A stretch of DNA of 64,000 nucleotides from Patescibacteria group bacterium (GTDB lineage Bacteria; Patescibacteriota; Microgenomatia; 2-02-FULL-39-11). Positions 41,280 to 51,872 of the stretch are shown in pieces (position 1 is the stretch's first letter; every line of letters begins with the position of its first letter). The stretch spans positions 9,233-73,232 of the forward strand of contig JAMCUI010000019.1 of NCBI GenBank assembly GCA_023379265.1, written 5' to 3'. Under the pieces are notes generated by a model that had not been told where the DNA came from, made no database searches, and was given only the letters and a program-made list of their open reading frames with translations. The translations under genes were made by a program, and so were the position numbers.

Positions 41280-42935
41280 TTATTTCAAAGTATATATTGT
41301 TGCTTCCGGCTCGTCAAAAACAGTTTTGAGGATTTTTGGATACAAATAGTGATTATATAGAGGCTTTTCTTCAGGACCTTGGAAAACTAGATCAATTTTA
41401 TTGCTCAAAAGAAACTGCTTGGCTTCATCTTCCGTCATTTCCCCTTTGAAAAATTTAAACGCTTCATCCTGTTTCTGGTTGACATTATAGGTATAACCAA
41501 AGTGGCCTAGAAAGCTGACTGTATGGGTGAAAGCAGGCAGATAATTGCCGCTGTAAAAAGTGGAGAGGACAACTGTTTTATTGGGGTAATTTTTATTTAT
41601 GTAGGAAAAAGCGTTGTTTAGCCTATTATCCAGGTAGACGTTGCCGAAAATCGGCCAATACTCCTTTATTTGATTTTGCATGCTCCAGACAAGAGTGGGA
41701 TAGGTGAATATGGCAAATAAAATGGTAAACAATATTATTATCCAGTGGTTTACCATTTTTTTAAGCATTCCGGATTTAATTTTTGGTAATGGTTTGAATT
41801 TTCTATTTATAAAGTCTTCAATTGATTTGATTCCTATTGAGGAAAGCATGGATAAAGGCAAATAAGGCGTTCCTTGAATTAGCCTGATATTTGACAGGTT
41901 GAGTTTTTGGGCAAACGGTATAAGTAGAAACGGAGCGATAAGCCAGGCGGAAAGAAGAAGGCCGTTGAATTTTTTGGAAATTATCGAAATCATTATGCCA
42001 AGTAGAGCAAATGGGAATAGAAATCCCATTGCGCCTACGATTTCTCCTGCAAGCGGGAACTGAAGCGTCTTTTCCCAGTCCAAATATTGGCTCCAGGGGA
42101 AACCGTGACCTGTCTGAGAGATCATAAAGAGAAGAATAAATGCTCCAATTGACCAATAGATAAGATACCAAAAAGTTACATTTAGGTCTTTTTGAAATTT
42201 ATTACTGTGGAAAAAATGATAGGTGATTACAGAAACGGGTAATATAAGAAGAATAATAAAAAGACTGGGCGGGTGGATAAATCCCAGAAATAAAGTGAAT
42301 AGTGCAGCGCATCCCAATAGTTTAATATTTTTCTCTTTGGCATATTTAACGATAAGAAAAATTGATAAGACAAGGATGAGGCTGCCGAATACATGGTGGG
42401 GTAGGTAGGCCGCGCGCCGTATCGGATCCATGCCCGTCCACCAGTTCATATATGGCACAGAAGTCACGTTTCCTGCGTCAATAGTATTGTGCATGAGCGG
42501 TGCGGCAAATGTAAAAAGGATAAAAGTGAGTCGGGGATATGGGATTTTTAAATAATTTATAAGCATGAAGGCCGTTGTCAAAAGTGCTATCCCTAATACA
42601 ATTCTTGTTGCATGGTAAGTGATGGGAAAAGGCAGTTTCAGTATACTGCTGATTTTCCCAAGCCAGGCAAAATAAGCGAATATTATTGAGGATTGATGCG
42701 GTTCGGAGGTATAGGGGTCATAAATTGCTGTCGCTCCACCAGCACCTTCATTCATAAGTGATTGGTAAAAGAAAAAATCCTGGACGTTATTGTGGATCAT
42801 GGCAAAAGTTCGGCCGGGAGGGGAATGGCGAATATCCAAAATCATCGGTGTTAGATTTAGACCCAAAATAATTACGGTACAGACCGTAATAAAAAGGATA
42901 TTGGAAGAGAAAATTATTACGAATTTATTTTTCAT
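41280..42935 (-). CDS. Polytopic membrane protein, paralog family A
   Basis: HNNVQDFFFYQSLMNEG and ...FLGHFGYTYNVNQKQDEAFKFFKGEMTEDEAKQFL. Confidence 0.5.
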   Translation of the reverse strand: MKNKFVIIFSSNILFITVCTVIILGLNLTPMILDIRHSPPGRTFAMIHNNVQDFFFYQSLMNEGAGGATAIYDPYTSEPHQSSIIFAYFAWLGKISSILKLPFPITYHATRIVLGIALLTTAFMLINYLKIPYPRLTFILFTFAAPLMHNTIDAGNVTSVPYMNWWTGMDPIRRAAYLPHHVFGSLILVLSIFLIVKYAKEKNIKLLGCAALFTLFLGFIHPPSLFIILLILPVSVITYHFFHSNKFQKDLNVTFWYLIYWSIGAFILLFMISQTGHGFPWSQYLDWEKTLQFPLAGEIVGAMGFLFPFALLGIMISIISKKFNGLLLSAWLIAPFLLIPFAQKLNLSNIRLIQGTPYLPLSMLSSIGIKSIEDFINRKFKPLPKIKSGMLKKMVNHWIIILFTILFAIFTYPTLVWSMQNQIKEYWPIFGNVYLDNRLNNAFSYINKNYPNKTVVLSTFYSGNYLPAFTHTVSFLGHFGYTYNVNQKQDEAFKFFKGEMTEDEAKQFLLSNKIDLVFQGPEEKPLYNHYLYPKILKTVFDEPEATIYTLK

Positions 42936-43272
42936 TTTTTAATGAGAAGAGTTGCTAGTACTTCGTTTCATAAATTTTGACATACGGGTTAACTTTTAGA
43001 AACGGTTGAAAATCAATGAAATGAAGTACTAGTTGGACCAAGATATGTAACACCTCCGGGCAGGATGATGTCAGACGGCTGCAGTTGTGAGTAGCGGTAG
43101 GAGACATAAAGAGATCCCAAAAGTATTATTGCGCAGAGAACTAAGGCAAAAACCACTTTTACAAGATGAGTGTCGTCTTGAGGATTATTCATAGTTTGTT
43201 TATCAAGATTTTACCACAGTCATATTAACATTTTTCAAATTACTATAATTTATGGACATGTTTGTTACGTAA

Positions 43273-43316
43273 AAGCTGCTCGAAGTGAAAATTTTTTTGT
43301 TCGCAAAGATGGGAGG
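43273..43316 (+). promoter_or_regulatory. Conserved upstream motif copy 1 (AAGCTGCTCGAAGTGAAAATTTTTTTGTTCGCAAAGATGGGAGG)
   Basis: Near-identical copy at 56113-56153, with degenerate copies at 51873-51919 and 50334-50350. This copy lies upstream of the GT2 gene. Confidence 0.4.
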
Positions 43317-43394
43317 TAATAAAGCGTGGTGTTAGAAGAGGTAAAAACTATTGTGGAAGCGAGAAGTAGAATCTGCTATTATTTGGGTTAATTT

Positions 43395-44171
43395 ATGGCA
43401 GCAGTAAAACCATCCATTTCAGTGTTTTTTCCCTTCCTCAACGATTGGGGAACGGTGGGAAGCCTTGTGGGTTTGACTGTAGATACTGTGAGCCGGTTGG
43501 CAGATGATTGGGAAGTGATAATAGTAAATGATGGCAGCGACGAAAAAGATAAAGAAGCTTTGGAGAAGATTGTTGGAGTGATTGAAAAGCAGGATAAGAT
43601 TAAACAAAAAACAAAAAGAATAAGAATTATAAACCATACAAAGAACATGGGATACGGAGGAGCGCTGAGGACAGGCTTCATGGCGGCAAAAAAGGATCTA
43701 GTCTTTTATACCGACTGTGATGCGCAGTATGACCCACGGGAGCTGATAAAGCTTTATGCTGCCATGAAGCCTGGGGTTTCCATGGTCAACGGATACAAGA
43801 TAAAAAGGCAGGATCCTTGGGTTAGGATAGTGGCGGGAAGGCTTTATCATTATACTGTGAGAACTGCGTTTGGTTTACCTATACGTGATACGGATTGTGA
43901 TTTCAGGTTAATACGAACGGAAGTGTTTAATCCCTCTCCAGGGTCAGGACACTCTGCTGTTAGGCTTTTTGAAAATACAGGCACAATTTGTACGGAGCTA
44001 GTGAAGAAAATAGACCATCATGGCTATAAAATTGTAGAGGTACCAGTGCACCATTTCTGGAGGACAAGCGGCAAAAGCCAGTTTTTCAACTTCAGGAGAC
44101 TGGTACAGACTGGTAACAATCTTTTTAGGTTGTGGTGGAAGTTGATGGTAAAAAACGATTACAACTCATGA
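43395..44171 (+). CDS. GT2 polyprenyl-phosphate glycosyltransferase (DPM1/GtrB/ArnC-like)
   Basis: IIVNDGSDEKD and the DXD motif DCDAQYDP; a size of about 258 aa. Confidence 0.8.
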   Translation: MAAVKPSISVFFPFLNDWGTVGSLVGLTVDTVSRLADDWEVIIVNDGSDEKDKEALEKIVGVIEKQDKIKQKTKRIRIINHTKNMGYGGALRTGFMAAKKDLVFYTDCDAQYDPRELIKLYAAMKPGVSMVNGYKIKRQDPWVRIVAGRLYHYTVRTAFGLPIRDTDCDFRLIRTEVFNPSPGSGHSAVRLFENTGTICTELVKKIDHHGYKIVEVPVHHFWRTSGKSQFFNFRRLVQTGNNLFRLWWKLMVKNDYNS

Positions 44172-44842
44172 AACCTGATACAAATATTAAAACAATCCTC
44201 GGTAGAATTTACCGCGTAAGGTATCCTAAAGAGATAGAGTTCCCAAAAGAAGCAATATGGAAAGTGCTTTGTCATGATTGGCTCCAGAAATTCGTTGGTA
44301 GAAGTGATACGGTTTTGGATATTGCAGCGGGACATTGTGAGTTTATAAATAATATCGTTTGCGGGAAGAAGTTTGCAGTGGATCTGGATAATAGGATTAA
44401 AAAATATGCAAACCCAGATGTTCAAATATTTATAAGATCAGCAGAAGACTTGCCTAAGAGCTTGAAAAATAAGGTGGACGTGGTGTTTATGGGATGTTTC
44501 TTGGAACATCTACCCTCCAAACAAGCAATAATTAAGGTCTTACTTGAGATTAAAAGTGTACTAAGGGATGGTGGAAAACTCATAATATTGAACCCGAATA
44601 TCAGATTTTCCACTTCAGATTACTGGGATTATTTTGATCATATTACTCCTGTAAGTGACCGCAGTATGGTGGAAATATTACAGGCGTTAGGTTTTAAGAT
44701 AGAAATTTGTTTGCCAAGGTTTGTTCCCAACACATTAAAGGATAGATTACCAAAATCACCCTTTTTGGTAAGATTATATCTTTCAATGCCATTTCTTTTT
44801 CCAATATTTGGTAAACAGATGTTTCTTGTAGTAGTTAAATGA
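44168..44842 (+). CDS. Class I SAM-dependent methyltransferase
   Basis: Motif I LDIAAGHCEF and LRDGGKLIILNP. The start ATG overlaps the GT2 stop codon (ATGA). Confidence 0.6.
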   Translation: MKPDTNIKTILGRIYRVRYPKEIEFPKEAIWKVLCHDWLQKFVGRSDTVLDIAAGHCEFINNIVCGKKFAVDLDNRIKKYANPDVQIFIRSAEDLPKSLKNKVDVVFMGCFLEHLPSKQAIIKVLLEIKSVLRDGGKLIILNPNIRFSTSDYWDYFDHITPVSDRSMVEILQALGFKIEICLPRFVPNTLKDRLPKSPFLVRLYLSMPFLFPIFGKQMFLVVVK

Positions 44843-44846
44843 CGGT

Positions 44847-46592
44847 CTAAAGTAATGGATTAGTTAATTTTATTTGGTATATTTTTACGGGTCCATTGTC
44901 AAAAATCTTCTCCAGAAAAGAGTATTTATTTATATCTCCTCCCAGATCTTTTTCCTGCCAGCCGTAGTAGATATAATTTATGCCGTTATCCCTCAGGAAT
45001 TTATACGCCTCCTGCGAGGTCCATTTGCCCCCAAAAAAGTTGTCCACATTTTGCTCTTTCGCTTGGTAATCCATAGTCTGGGTCACATGGCCGAAATAGC
45101 TTATGGTAGGGTTAAAGGCGGGGATAATGATACCCATTTTTTCGTTACTCAGAAAAACAGAATTTTTAGGAACATTTTCCTTTATGAACTTCATCGCATC
45201 CACGGAAGTTTTGGGGATATAAATATGGTCATAGACCGGCTCGTTTTTGATATAATCCATCCTGGTTTTCCATAACTTGAAAGATGAGGGAAGGGTAGTG
45301 GCAAAGAATAAGACTATAAGTGAGTATTGGATAAGACGTTTTTTTATCGGTGGGATAATCTTAAAAATTGTATAACCTGAAAGTATGCCTAAGGGAATAT
45401 ATGGTGCTTCCTCTACCAGCCTTATTTTGGCTATTCCGAAAGGATTGACAAATGGCAACATGATAAAAGGGGTTGCCGCCCAGACGCTAATAAAAAGCAG
45501 TTCCCAGCTGTTTTTTTTCACTGCGTGGTAAACTGCCGGAATTGAGAGTAAGGGAAGTATTCCGAATACTTCCAAAAGGTTCCTATTGAAATCCGGTTCT
45601 CCCCAGTTCCATCTCTCCACTCCCCAGGAGACCCATGTACTCCAGGGGAATCCCGTTGTCACTTGGTATTTGATGATGGCATAACACGCCAGTATTGCAA
45701 AAATTATGACTGAAAAACCTTTAATAAGCTGTAAGTTAATAATCAGTTTAAGTTTTGCCATATTTCGTTTCGGGTCGTGCCACTCACTACCCAGTAAATT
45801 TGGTTGCAAATTTACTGGGTACCTGGCTCGTGTTACCCGTTTAATTTCAAAATAAATTCGGGCAATATAGATAAAGTAAGCAATAGGTATGCCAACTGCT
45901 ACAGGAATGAGGACGGACGGCAGTATCATGCCGCCAATAAATATTGATATGGCGGCCAAAAGGGCATATTTTAGTTTCGGCTTCCTGAAAAAAAGAAATA
46001 CAAGTAAAATGGCGGCAAGAAGAAAAGCTTCTGAAGCGATATAGTGGGGGAGGTCATAAATCCTGTTTAGCGCATCAAGCACAATCCACCAGGGCATGCT
46101 GATGGGAAAATAGATAGGTTGCGCAAACATCAGTGTTGGGGAAATTGTGCCCAGAAGTCCGAATATAGCCCCCCAAATGGCATTTTTTCTGCTCAATATT
46201 TTTCCTGAGAGAAAGTAAACAAGTATCAGAAAAATCTCTGTAAATATTATTATTGTCAGGTGGTATGCAGCAATAGGTGAAAGGTGAAACAAGCCCGCAA
46301 CCTGTCCTATGCCGGTAAAAAATGTGTAGAATACGCCTTTCGACATTTTTTCCGTAGAGTATGGGTCTTGGTAGAGAAACCGGCCGTTTTCCCCTTGGTT
46401 TATGACGGCAAGATAAAGGTAATAGTCATGTGGCCAGTCGGAATGCACATATGGGAAAATTCGATCATGCGGGGTCTTGGCGGCACGCAAAATTATCGGC
46501 ACATTGGCAAAAATGACTACCAGGTTCATCAAGATAAAAAAGATGACAAAGCGAATGGATATAGATGTGTTTTTTTGTGGTTGTACAGACAT
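44847..46592 (-). CDS. Polytopic membrane protein, paralog family A
   Basis: HSDWPHDYYLYLAVINQG and ...YFGHVTQTMDYQAKEQNVDNFFGGKWTSQEAYKFL..INYIYYG. Confidence 0.5.
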   Translation of the reverse strand: MSVQPQKNTSISIRFVIFFILMNLVVIFANVPIILRAAKTPHDRIFPYVHSDWPHDYYLYLAVINQGENGRFLYQDPYSTEKMSKGVFYTFFTGIGQVAGLFHLSPIAAYHLTIIIFTEIFLILVYFLSGKILSRKNAIWGAIFGLLGTISPTLMFAQPIYFPISMPWWIVLDALNRIYDLPHYIASEAFLLAAILLVFLFFRKPKLKYALLAAISIFIGGMILPSVLIPVAVGIPIAYFIYIARIYFEIKRVTRARYPVNLQPNLLGSEWHDPKRNMAKLKLIINLQLIKGFSVIIFAILACYAIIKYQVTTGFPWSTWVSWGVERWNWGEPDFNRNLLEVFGILPLLSIPAVYHAVKKNSWELLFISVWAATPFIMLPFVNPFGIAKIRLVEEAPYIPLGILSGYTIFKIIPPIKKRLIQYSLIVLFFATTLPSSFKLWKTRMDYIKNEPVYDHIYIPKTSVDAMKFIKENVPKNSVFLSNEKMGIIIPAFNPTISYFGHVTQTMDYQAKEQNVDNFFGGKWTSQEAYKFLRDNGINYIYYGWQEKDLGGDINKYSFLEKIFDNGPVKIYQIKLTNPLL

Positions 46593-46762
46593 GTCCAGTC
46601 CTATCTAAATAGTTGGATCAAGCGTTCCGTATGCGATCTGCAAGAATTTGCACATACTTTGCATCTTTTAGTATTTCTTAAATAACGAACGTGAGACCCG
46701 TCTAAGTATAATTTTTTGTTTGTGATATTTCAATCAACTCCGGACGTGATAGAATAAGGCGG

Positions 46763-47749
46763 ATGAAGAAGAGTTTTTATAATGGAAAAAAAATACTTAT
46801 TACCGGCGGGTTGGGGTTTATCGGCAGTAATCTGGCTGTAAGATTGGTTGAAGAGGGTGCCAACGTGCTTCTTGTTGATTCCATGATCCCAGCCTATGGC
46901 GGAAATCTCTTCAATATTGAACCCGTAAAGCAAAAGGTAAAAATAAACTTTTCCGATATCAGGGATACAACCAGCATGAATTATTTGGTGCATGAAAAGG
47001 ATGTCATTTTCAACCTCGCCGGTACTCTTTCCCATGTGGACAGTATGACTGATCCTATGACAGACCTTGAGATAAACTGCCGTGCACAATTATCTCTTCT
47101 TGAATCGGTCAGAAGATACAACCCGGGAACCAGCGTAATATTTGCCGGGACCAGAAACCAATATGGCAAGGCAAAGTATCTTCCGGTTGACGAGAATCAT
47201 CCGCAGGAACCCGCAGATATAAACGGTATAAATAATATCGCCGCCGAAAAATACCACCTTATGTATACAAAGGTGTATGGCATAAAGACAGTGTCATTGA
47301 GAATGACCAATGTTTTTGGTCCTAGGCACCAGATGAAGCATTCCAGGCAGGGTGTCCTTAATTGGTTCATAAGGAAAATTTTGGATGGTGAGACGGTAGA
47401 GTTGTATGGAACTGGGCGACAAATAAGGGATGTAAATTATATTGATGACGTTATCGATGCTTTGCTTATGGTTGCGGAAGGAGAAAGCGGCTGGGGAGAG
47501 GCATATAATTTGGGTGGGACACCTGTATCACTAACTGATTTTGTTAAAAAGTCTATTAAGATTGCCGGAGGAGGCAAATATAAAGAAGTGGACTTTCCAA
47601 AAGAGAGGAAAAAAATAGAAATAGGAGATTATATTGCCTCATATGAAAAAATAAAAAAAACATATTCCTGGAAACCAAAAATAACTCTTGATGAAGGTAT
47701 TAGAAAAACCATTTTATACTATAAAAAGTACAGGAAATTCTATTGGTAA
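46763..47749 (+). CDS. NAD-dependent sugar-nucleotide epimerase/dehydratase (SDR; UDP-glucose 4-epimerase / UDP-glucuronate decarboxylase-like)
   Basis: KKILITGGLGFIGSNL Rossmann motif and the catalytic YGKAK (YxxxK). Confidence 0.8.
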   Translation: MKKSFYNGKKILITGGLGFIGSNLAVRLVEEGANVLLVDSMIPAYGGNLFNIEPVKQKVKINFSDIRDTTSMNYLVHEKDVIFNLAGTLSHVDSMTDPMTDLEINCRAQLSLLESVRRYNPGTSVIFAGTRNQYGKAKYLPVDENHPQEPADINGINNIAAEKYHLMYTKVYGIKTVSLRMTNVFGPRHQMKHSRQGVLNWFIRKILDGETVELYGTGRQIRDVNYIDDVIDALLMVAEGESGWGEAYNLGGTPVSLTDFVKKSIKIAGGGKYKEVDFPKERKKIEIGDYIASYEKIKKTYSWKPKITLDEGIRKTILYYKKYRKFYW

Positions 47750-47776
47750 GTATTAGTTGAGATTTTGTTAAGAAAA

Positions 47777-49066
47777 ATGCGCAAGTGGCTATTCATAATT
47801 TTGCTTTTGGTGACGGGTGTAATTTTCAGAGTCTGGCTAATCAGTCTTGTGCCACAACCGGTTATATTTGATGCTTCAGAATATAGCATCCTGGCTGAGC
47901 GCATACTTTACTTCCCTTTCTATACCGACTCATTTCGGTCTTACGGTTATCCCATTATTGTTTCTTTCATCTATTCTTTTTTTGGTCCCAGCAATTATTG
48001 GGCCTGGAAAATAATGCAATCGGTAATGGACGTGAGTGTTGCGTTGATGGTTTTTCTTATGGCAGGAGTGCTTTTTAGAAAGAATAAACCGGCCGCATTA
48101 ATTACCCTTGTTATTTACATATTTAATCCGTATACGTCGGCTTATGCGGGTTTACTTTTAACTGAGAGCGCGACCATACTTTTTATAACGCTCTCTTTTT
48201 TTCTGTTGTTAAAATTTTTGGAGAAAAAAAATATTTATTATCTTTTGGCGCTGGGGTTTGTGCTAGGTTATTTGCCTCAAGTGCGTCCGGGTTACATATT
48301 TTTCTCCTTTCTGCTCCTTATTTTTATATCGGTATATGTGTTTCGACGTCTTTTTAAAACTATGGAAGGTAAAGCTGCCCTGGTATTGTCGCTATTTCTA
48401 TTTTGTCTGCCGTTTGCCTACAACGTTATAGGAAATTACAGGTACCGTCAGCAAATTACGCCATTTTTAGCCGACAATATGTTCGTACAGAATCTTTACG
48501 GCAGTCTTTATGTGGAAAGATATATGCCCTTATTTGGAGCAAAGGTACGAGGAGATCCGCCAGAGGTACGTCAGATGTATGCTGAGTATTCATCCAAAAC
48601 GATAGCTCCACAAAGGAAAGCCGTAGCGGATAAATATATGAAACTGTCTATTGCAAAAATTGAAAGCGACCCAAAAGAGTTTGTTTTATCCCGTTTTCGG
48701 AAAATGTGGTACATATGGGAGAAGCATGCGTTGTTTCTGTACGTAAATGAGCCGCAAAGATATGAAAATTATGTCTATTGGGGAAATATCACATTGCTGG
48801 CTTTATTTGTTATCGGGCTATATGCCTATTGGAGGAAGCTGGTAAAGAAAGGTTCTGTCGGAGGATGGTTTGTGAAATTCACAGTACTGTTTATTGTATA
48901 TGTTTCAGCGGTGCACGCTTTTACTCCCAACGAGGAGAGATACTCAATTCCTGCTTATCCCCTTATATTCCTTTTTGCCGGGTACGGAGTTTTTACGGCG
49001 TGGGAGAAAATAAAGTTTTTTATTTTTGCGTCCAGGCAAAAAAATAATGAAGTTTCAGAATCTTAA
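47777..49066 (+). CDS. ArnT/PMT-like GT-C membrane glycosyltransferase
   Basis: First-loop FDASEYSILAERIL (D/E-x-x-Y), about 11 TM helices. Start moved to the ATG at 47777 (ORF track: TTG at 47765). Confidence 0.5.
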   Translation: MRKWLFIILLLVTGVIFRVWLISLVPQPVIFDASEYSILAERILYFPFYTDSFRSYGYPIIVSFIYSFFGPSNYWAWKIMQSVMDVSVALMVFLMAGVLFRKNKPAALITLVIYIFNPYTSAYAGLLLTESATILFITLSFFLLLKFLEKKNIYYLLALGFVLGYLPQVRPGYIFFSFLLLIFISVYVFRRLFKTMEGKAALVLSLFLFCLPFAYNVIGNYRYRQQITPFLADNMFVQNLYGSLYVERYMPLFGAKVRGDPPEVRQMYAEYSSKTIAPQRKAVADKYMKLSIAKIESDPKEFVLSRFRKMWYIWEKHALFLYVNEPQRYENYVYWGNITLLALFVIGLYAYWRKLVKKGSVGGWFVKFTVLFIVYVSAVHAFTPNEERYSIPAYPLIFLFAGYGVFTAWEKIKFFIFASRQKNNEVSES

Positions 49067-50279
49067 AAAATACCTCTTTAAGAATAAATACCAGGTTATA
49101 GTCTTTTTTTTCCTGCTTTTGGTTTTTGCCACGGCATTCAGACTTGTGGAGAACTATTCCGAAATAATCGACGAATACTACCATTTTGGACAGATTACGC
49201 GCTTTCTCGGACATGATTTTTCTCTGGAGCCTGGCTTATCGACCCTGCCGGGATTTCATCTTCTTGTGGCATTTATATTGCAACTACTTGGGGAAAAAGG
49301 TCTTCCCTGGGCTCGGTTTGTGACTTTTATGTTTAATCTTCTGACTATCCCTGTTTTTTATGCTGCCGCAAGAAAAATAGAAGAGAAGGCAGCATTTGTT
49401 AGGACAATGCAGTTTGCTTTTCTTCCTATAATTTTCCCGTATTACCCGTTGGTCTATACGGACATATTTTCACTTCTTTTGGTTTTTTGCGCATTGTTTT
49501 TGGCATTGTCAAAGAAATATTATCTCTCAGGCATTGTGGCAACGTTGAGCATAGCTGTCAGACAAAACAACATCATTTGGCTTATGTTTATAAATTTGTT
49601 GACATTTATATCGGAATCGGGGTTAAAAATTAATGTTCAGACAGTCAGAAATCATATAAAAAGGAGCCTGACGTTTATATTGGGAGCATTATTATTTATT
49701 CTGTTTGTTTTGGTAAATCACGGTTTTGCCACAGGCGCCAAAAGTTTCCAGCATGTAACATTTTTGAATATGGGCAACTTGTATTTCTTTCTCTTTTCAT
49801 TTTCCATCATCATGCTGCCGCAAAGCCTGGCAAGTTTTCCCAAAATTGTTGCTTTTTTGAGAAAAGAAAAGAAAAGTATCCTTTTGATATTTATTTTTTT
49901 CCTCCTTCTCTTACTTTCATTTCAAAATAGCCATCCCTGGAACCAATATACTTATTTCCTGAGGAATAAAATTCTGGTTGCTGCTGCCTCCAGCCCTCCG
50001 TTAAAATTGCTATATTTTATACCAATAGTTTATGGTTTTATAATGTTTTTTATAGTAAGACTACAGAAGAAGGAATACTATCTTTTATACCCGTTTATCA
50101 TTCTTTATCTTTTGCCCTCATGGCTTGTGGAGGTCCGGTATCTTTTTATCCCTTTTGCAATGTACCTGCTTTTTAGGAAAAGACTATCAGATAGGGTTGA
50201 GAAGGTAACAGCCGCCTATTTCTTTACTTTGTCTATAGTATTCTTCTGGGGGTTGGTGAATTGGGTTTTCTTTTTGTGA
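49047..50279 (+). CDS. ArnT/PMT-like GT-C membrane glycosyltransferase
   Basis: IIDEYYHFGQ DE motif in the first loop. ATG at 49047 (ORF track: TTG at 49026). Confidence 0.5.
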   Translation: MKFQNLKKYLFKNKYQVIVFFFLLLVFATAFRLVENYSEIIDEYYHFGQITRFLGHDFSLEPGLSTLPGFHLLVAFILQLLGEKGLPWARFVTFMFNLLTIPVFYAAARKIEEKAAFVRTMQFAFLPIIFPYYPLVYTDIFSLLLVFCALFLALSKKYYLSGIVATLSIAVRQNNIIWLMFINLLTFISESGLKINVQTVRNHIKRSLTFILGALLFILFVLVNHGFATGAKSFQHVTFLNMGNLYFFLFSFSIIMLPQSLASFPKIVAFLRKEKKSILLIFIFFLLLLLSFQNSHPWNQYTYFLRNKILVAAASSPPLKLLYFIPIVYGFIMFFIVRLQKKEYYLLYPFIILYLLPSWLVEVRYLFIPFAMYLLFRKRLSDRVEKVTAAYFFTLSIVFFWGLVNWVFFL

Positions 50280-50358
50280 TTTTTAATCTACGGGTACTGT
50301 GAGTAAACGTCGCTCATGGTATAAATTTCCTAGTTCGCAAGGATGGGAGATTTTGCCA

Positions 50359-50490
50359 ATGAGTTGTTTGAAAGTGATATTTGAATATTTCTTTCAATTA
50401 AAAAGTTGGAGTAAACATTCCTTATGCGATCTTCGGAAGTTTACACATGTTTCGCGGCTTTTTAACGACTCGTTTTTCTCAATAGAGTGA
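50359..50490 (+). CDS. Candidate 43-aa small protein downstream of a conserved-motif RBS; hypothetical
   Basis: GGGAGA lies 8 nt upstream of the ATG, inside the conserved upstream motif. The ORF overlaps a repeated intergenic element and could be non-coding. Confidence 0.2.
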   Translation: MSCLKVIFEYFFQLKSWSKHSLCDLRKFTHVSRLFNDSFFSIE

Positions 50491-51820
50491 ATACTGCACC
50501 AATTGTCAATTTCCAAAGCCAATAAAAAGAAAAACAGTAAAGTATGGGTTGGGCGACACTTATCAGCCGGCCGAATTCTCCATATGAGAAAAAGACTGAC
50601 AGAATTATCTGGTAAGCACACAAAGTTCCTAAAAGCATAAGCGACGTATTTTTTTTGTTCGGTTTGCTAAGATAAAGGAAAAAAGTGAGAGGATAAGCCA
50701 GAAATATAATAAGGAAAACATATTGCGTATCTTTGTATGTCATAAAAAGATTTGAGAAAAAAACGCTCAGTTGATTTTCAGAAGTAACATCAGGTTTTAT
50801 AATATCGCTTGCATCGGTCAGGGCTTGCGGTATCTGTTTGAATGAATCGACAAAATATAAGGGGAGATTGTGCGTGATAACCGTCATATTGAACGAGGGG
50901 AGGGAGTTTAATTTCCATTTGCCGGAAATGTATATATTGGGGTCATAATGTTCTAGAAACCTGTAGGGCATAGATGTTCCATTGTGAGTATGCCAGTCTG
51001 TCACTGTTTTATAAAAGTAATCGCTTGATTTGCCACTTGTCACTGGTAGATCAAACTGAAGAATTTTCCCTAGGAGATTGATATCACTCACATGGGATAT
51101 GCCGCCATAATCATAAGTCTTTAAGTTGTAAGAAGTATAAGATACGGGAAGCGTTGTAAAAAGTATGAGAAAAATTAATGAGCTGAAATACACCATTTTA
51201 TTGCGGAAGTGAAATACCAGTATAGGTAAAGTGGCAAAAGGAAGGAATATAAATACCGGTTTGAGAAGAAATCCTGCACAAAAAGTCAGAAATAAAATAA
51301 AGAGAGTGGACAGCTGCCATTTATGGAGAAGGGACAGAAGAAGGTATAGGGAAAATACAAGAAACAGAAAAGCCCACGTTTCCGTCAGAAGCAGATTTTC
51401 CCAGGCAAAAAGCATAATATTTCCTGCACAGAAGGCGGTAAAAAGACCGGTTATGAATATATTAACTTTTAATAAGCGCCTGAGGATAACAAAAAGAATA
51501 ACTATAGAAAGAAGTCCCGCAAGATACTGGAAGAGTATGACAGGACGCATGCTGTGCAAAAATCCCAAGGACATGATTTGTGCTCCAGAGCCGCCTGTTT
51601 CCACTGCTGAAAGGCCAAGAATTAAAGGGTAAAGAGGAGTCCTGTCATCATTTATAATCTTTCCATATTTACCCTGAGCCATAATCTCATCACCCAATTT
51701 ATAATAGCCGTAAGTGTCTGCTGAGACACCTACCTCCGGTTTATAGAGGAAGTAGGTGTAGCGTATGGTAGCCGCAAAAATGATGACAAGTATAAGTATA
51801 ATAAAGTCTTTTTTGGGCAT
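50462..51820 (-). CDS. Polytopic membrane protein, putative GT-C-like
   Basis: 452 aa with about 11 TM helices. Confidence 0.45.
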   Translation of the reverse strand: MPKKDFIILILVIIFAATIRYTYFLYKPEVGVSADTYGYYKLGDEIMAQGKYGKIINDDRTPLYPLILGLSAVETGGSGAQIMSLGFLHSMRPVILFQYLAGLLSIVILFVILRRLLKVNIFITGLFTAFCAGNIMLFAWENLLLTETWAFLFLVFSLYLLLSLLHKWQLSTLFILFLTFCAGFLLKPVFIFLPFATLPILVFHFRNKMVYFSSLIFLILFTTLPVSYTSYNLKTYDYGGISHVSDINLLGKILQFDLPVTSGKSSDYFYKTVTDWHTHNGTSMPYRFLEHYDPNIYISGKWKLNSLPSFNMTVITHNLPLYFVDSFKQIPQALTDASDIIKPDVTSENQLSVFFSNLFMTYKDTQYVFLIIFLAYPLTFFLYLSKPNKKNTSLMLLGTLCAYQIILSVFFSYGEFGRLISVAQPILYCFSFYWLWKLTIGAVFTLLRKTSR

Positions 51821-51872
51821 ACTGGATGCAAATTTTTACTAATAATAATATATAAATTTTATATTTTCTCTA

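Noticed and set aside
43053-43192. 59-aa - strand ORF with one TM helix (MNNPQDDTHLVKVVFALVLCAIILLGSLYVSYRY…)
   Set aside because: It is plausible as a small membrane protein but below any evidence threshold. There is no RBS and no conservation visible from sequence alone, so it is left unannotated.
44874-46685. + strand ORFs 44874-45275 and 46284-46685
   Set aside because: They are antisense within the 581-aa membrane-protein gene. Only the last about 90 nt of the second is intergenic, and that part is discussed as a repeated element rather than a gene.
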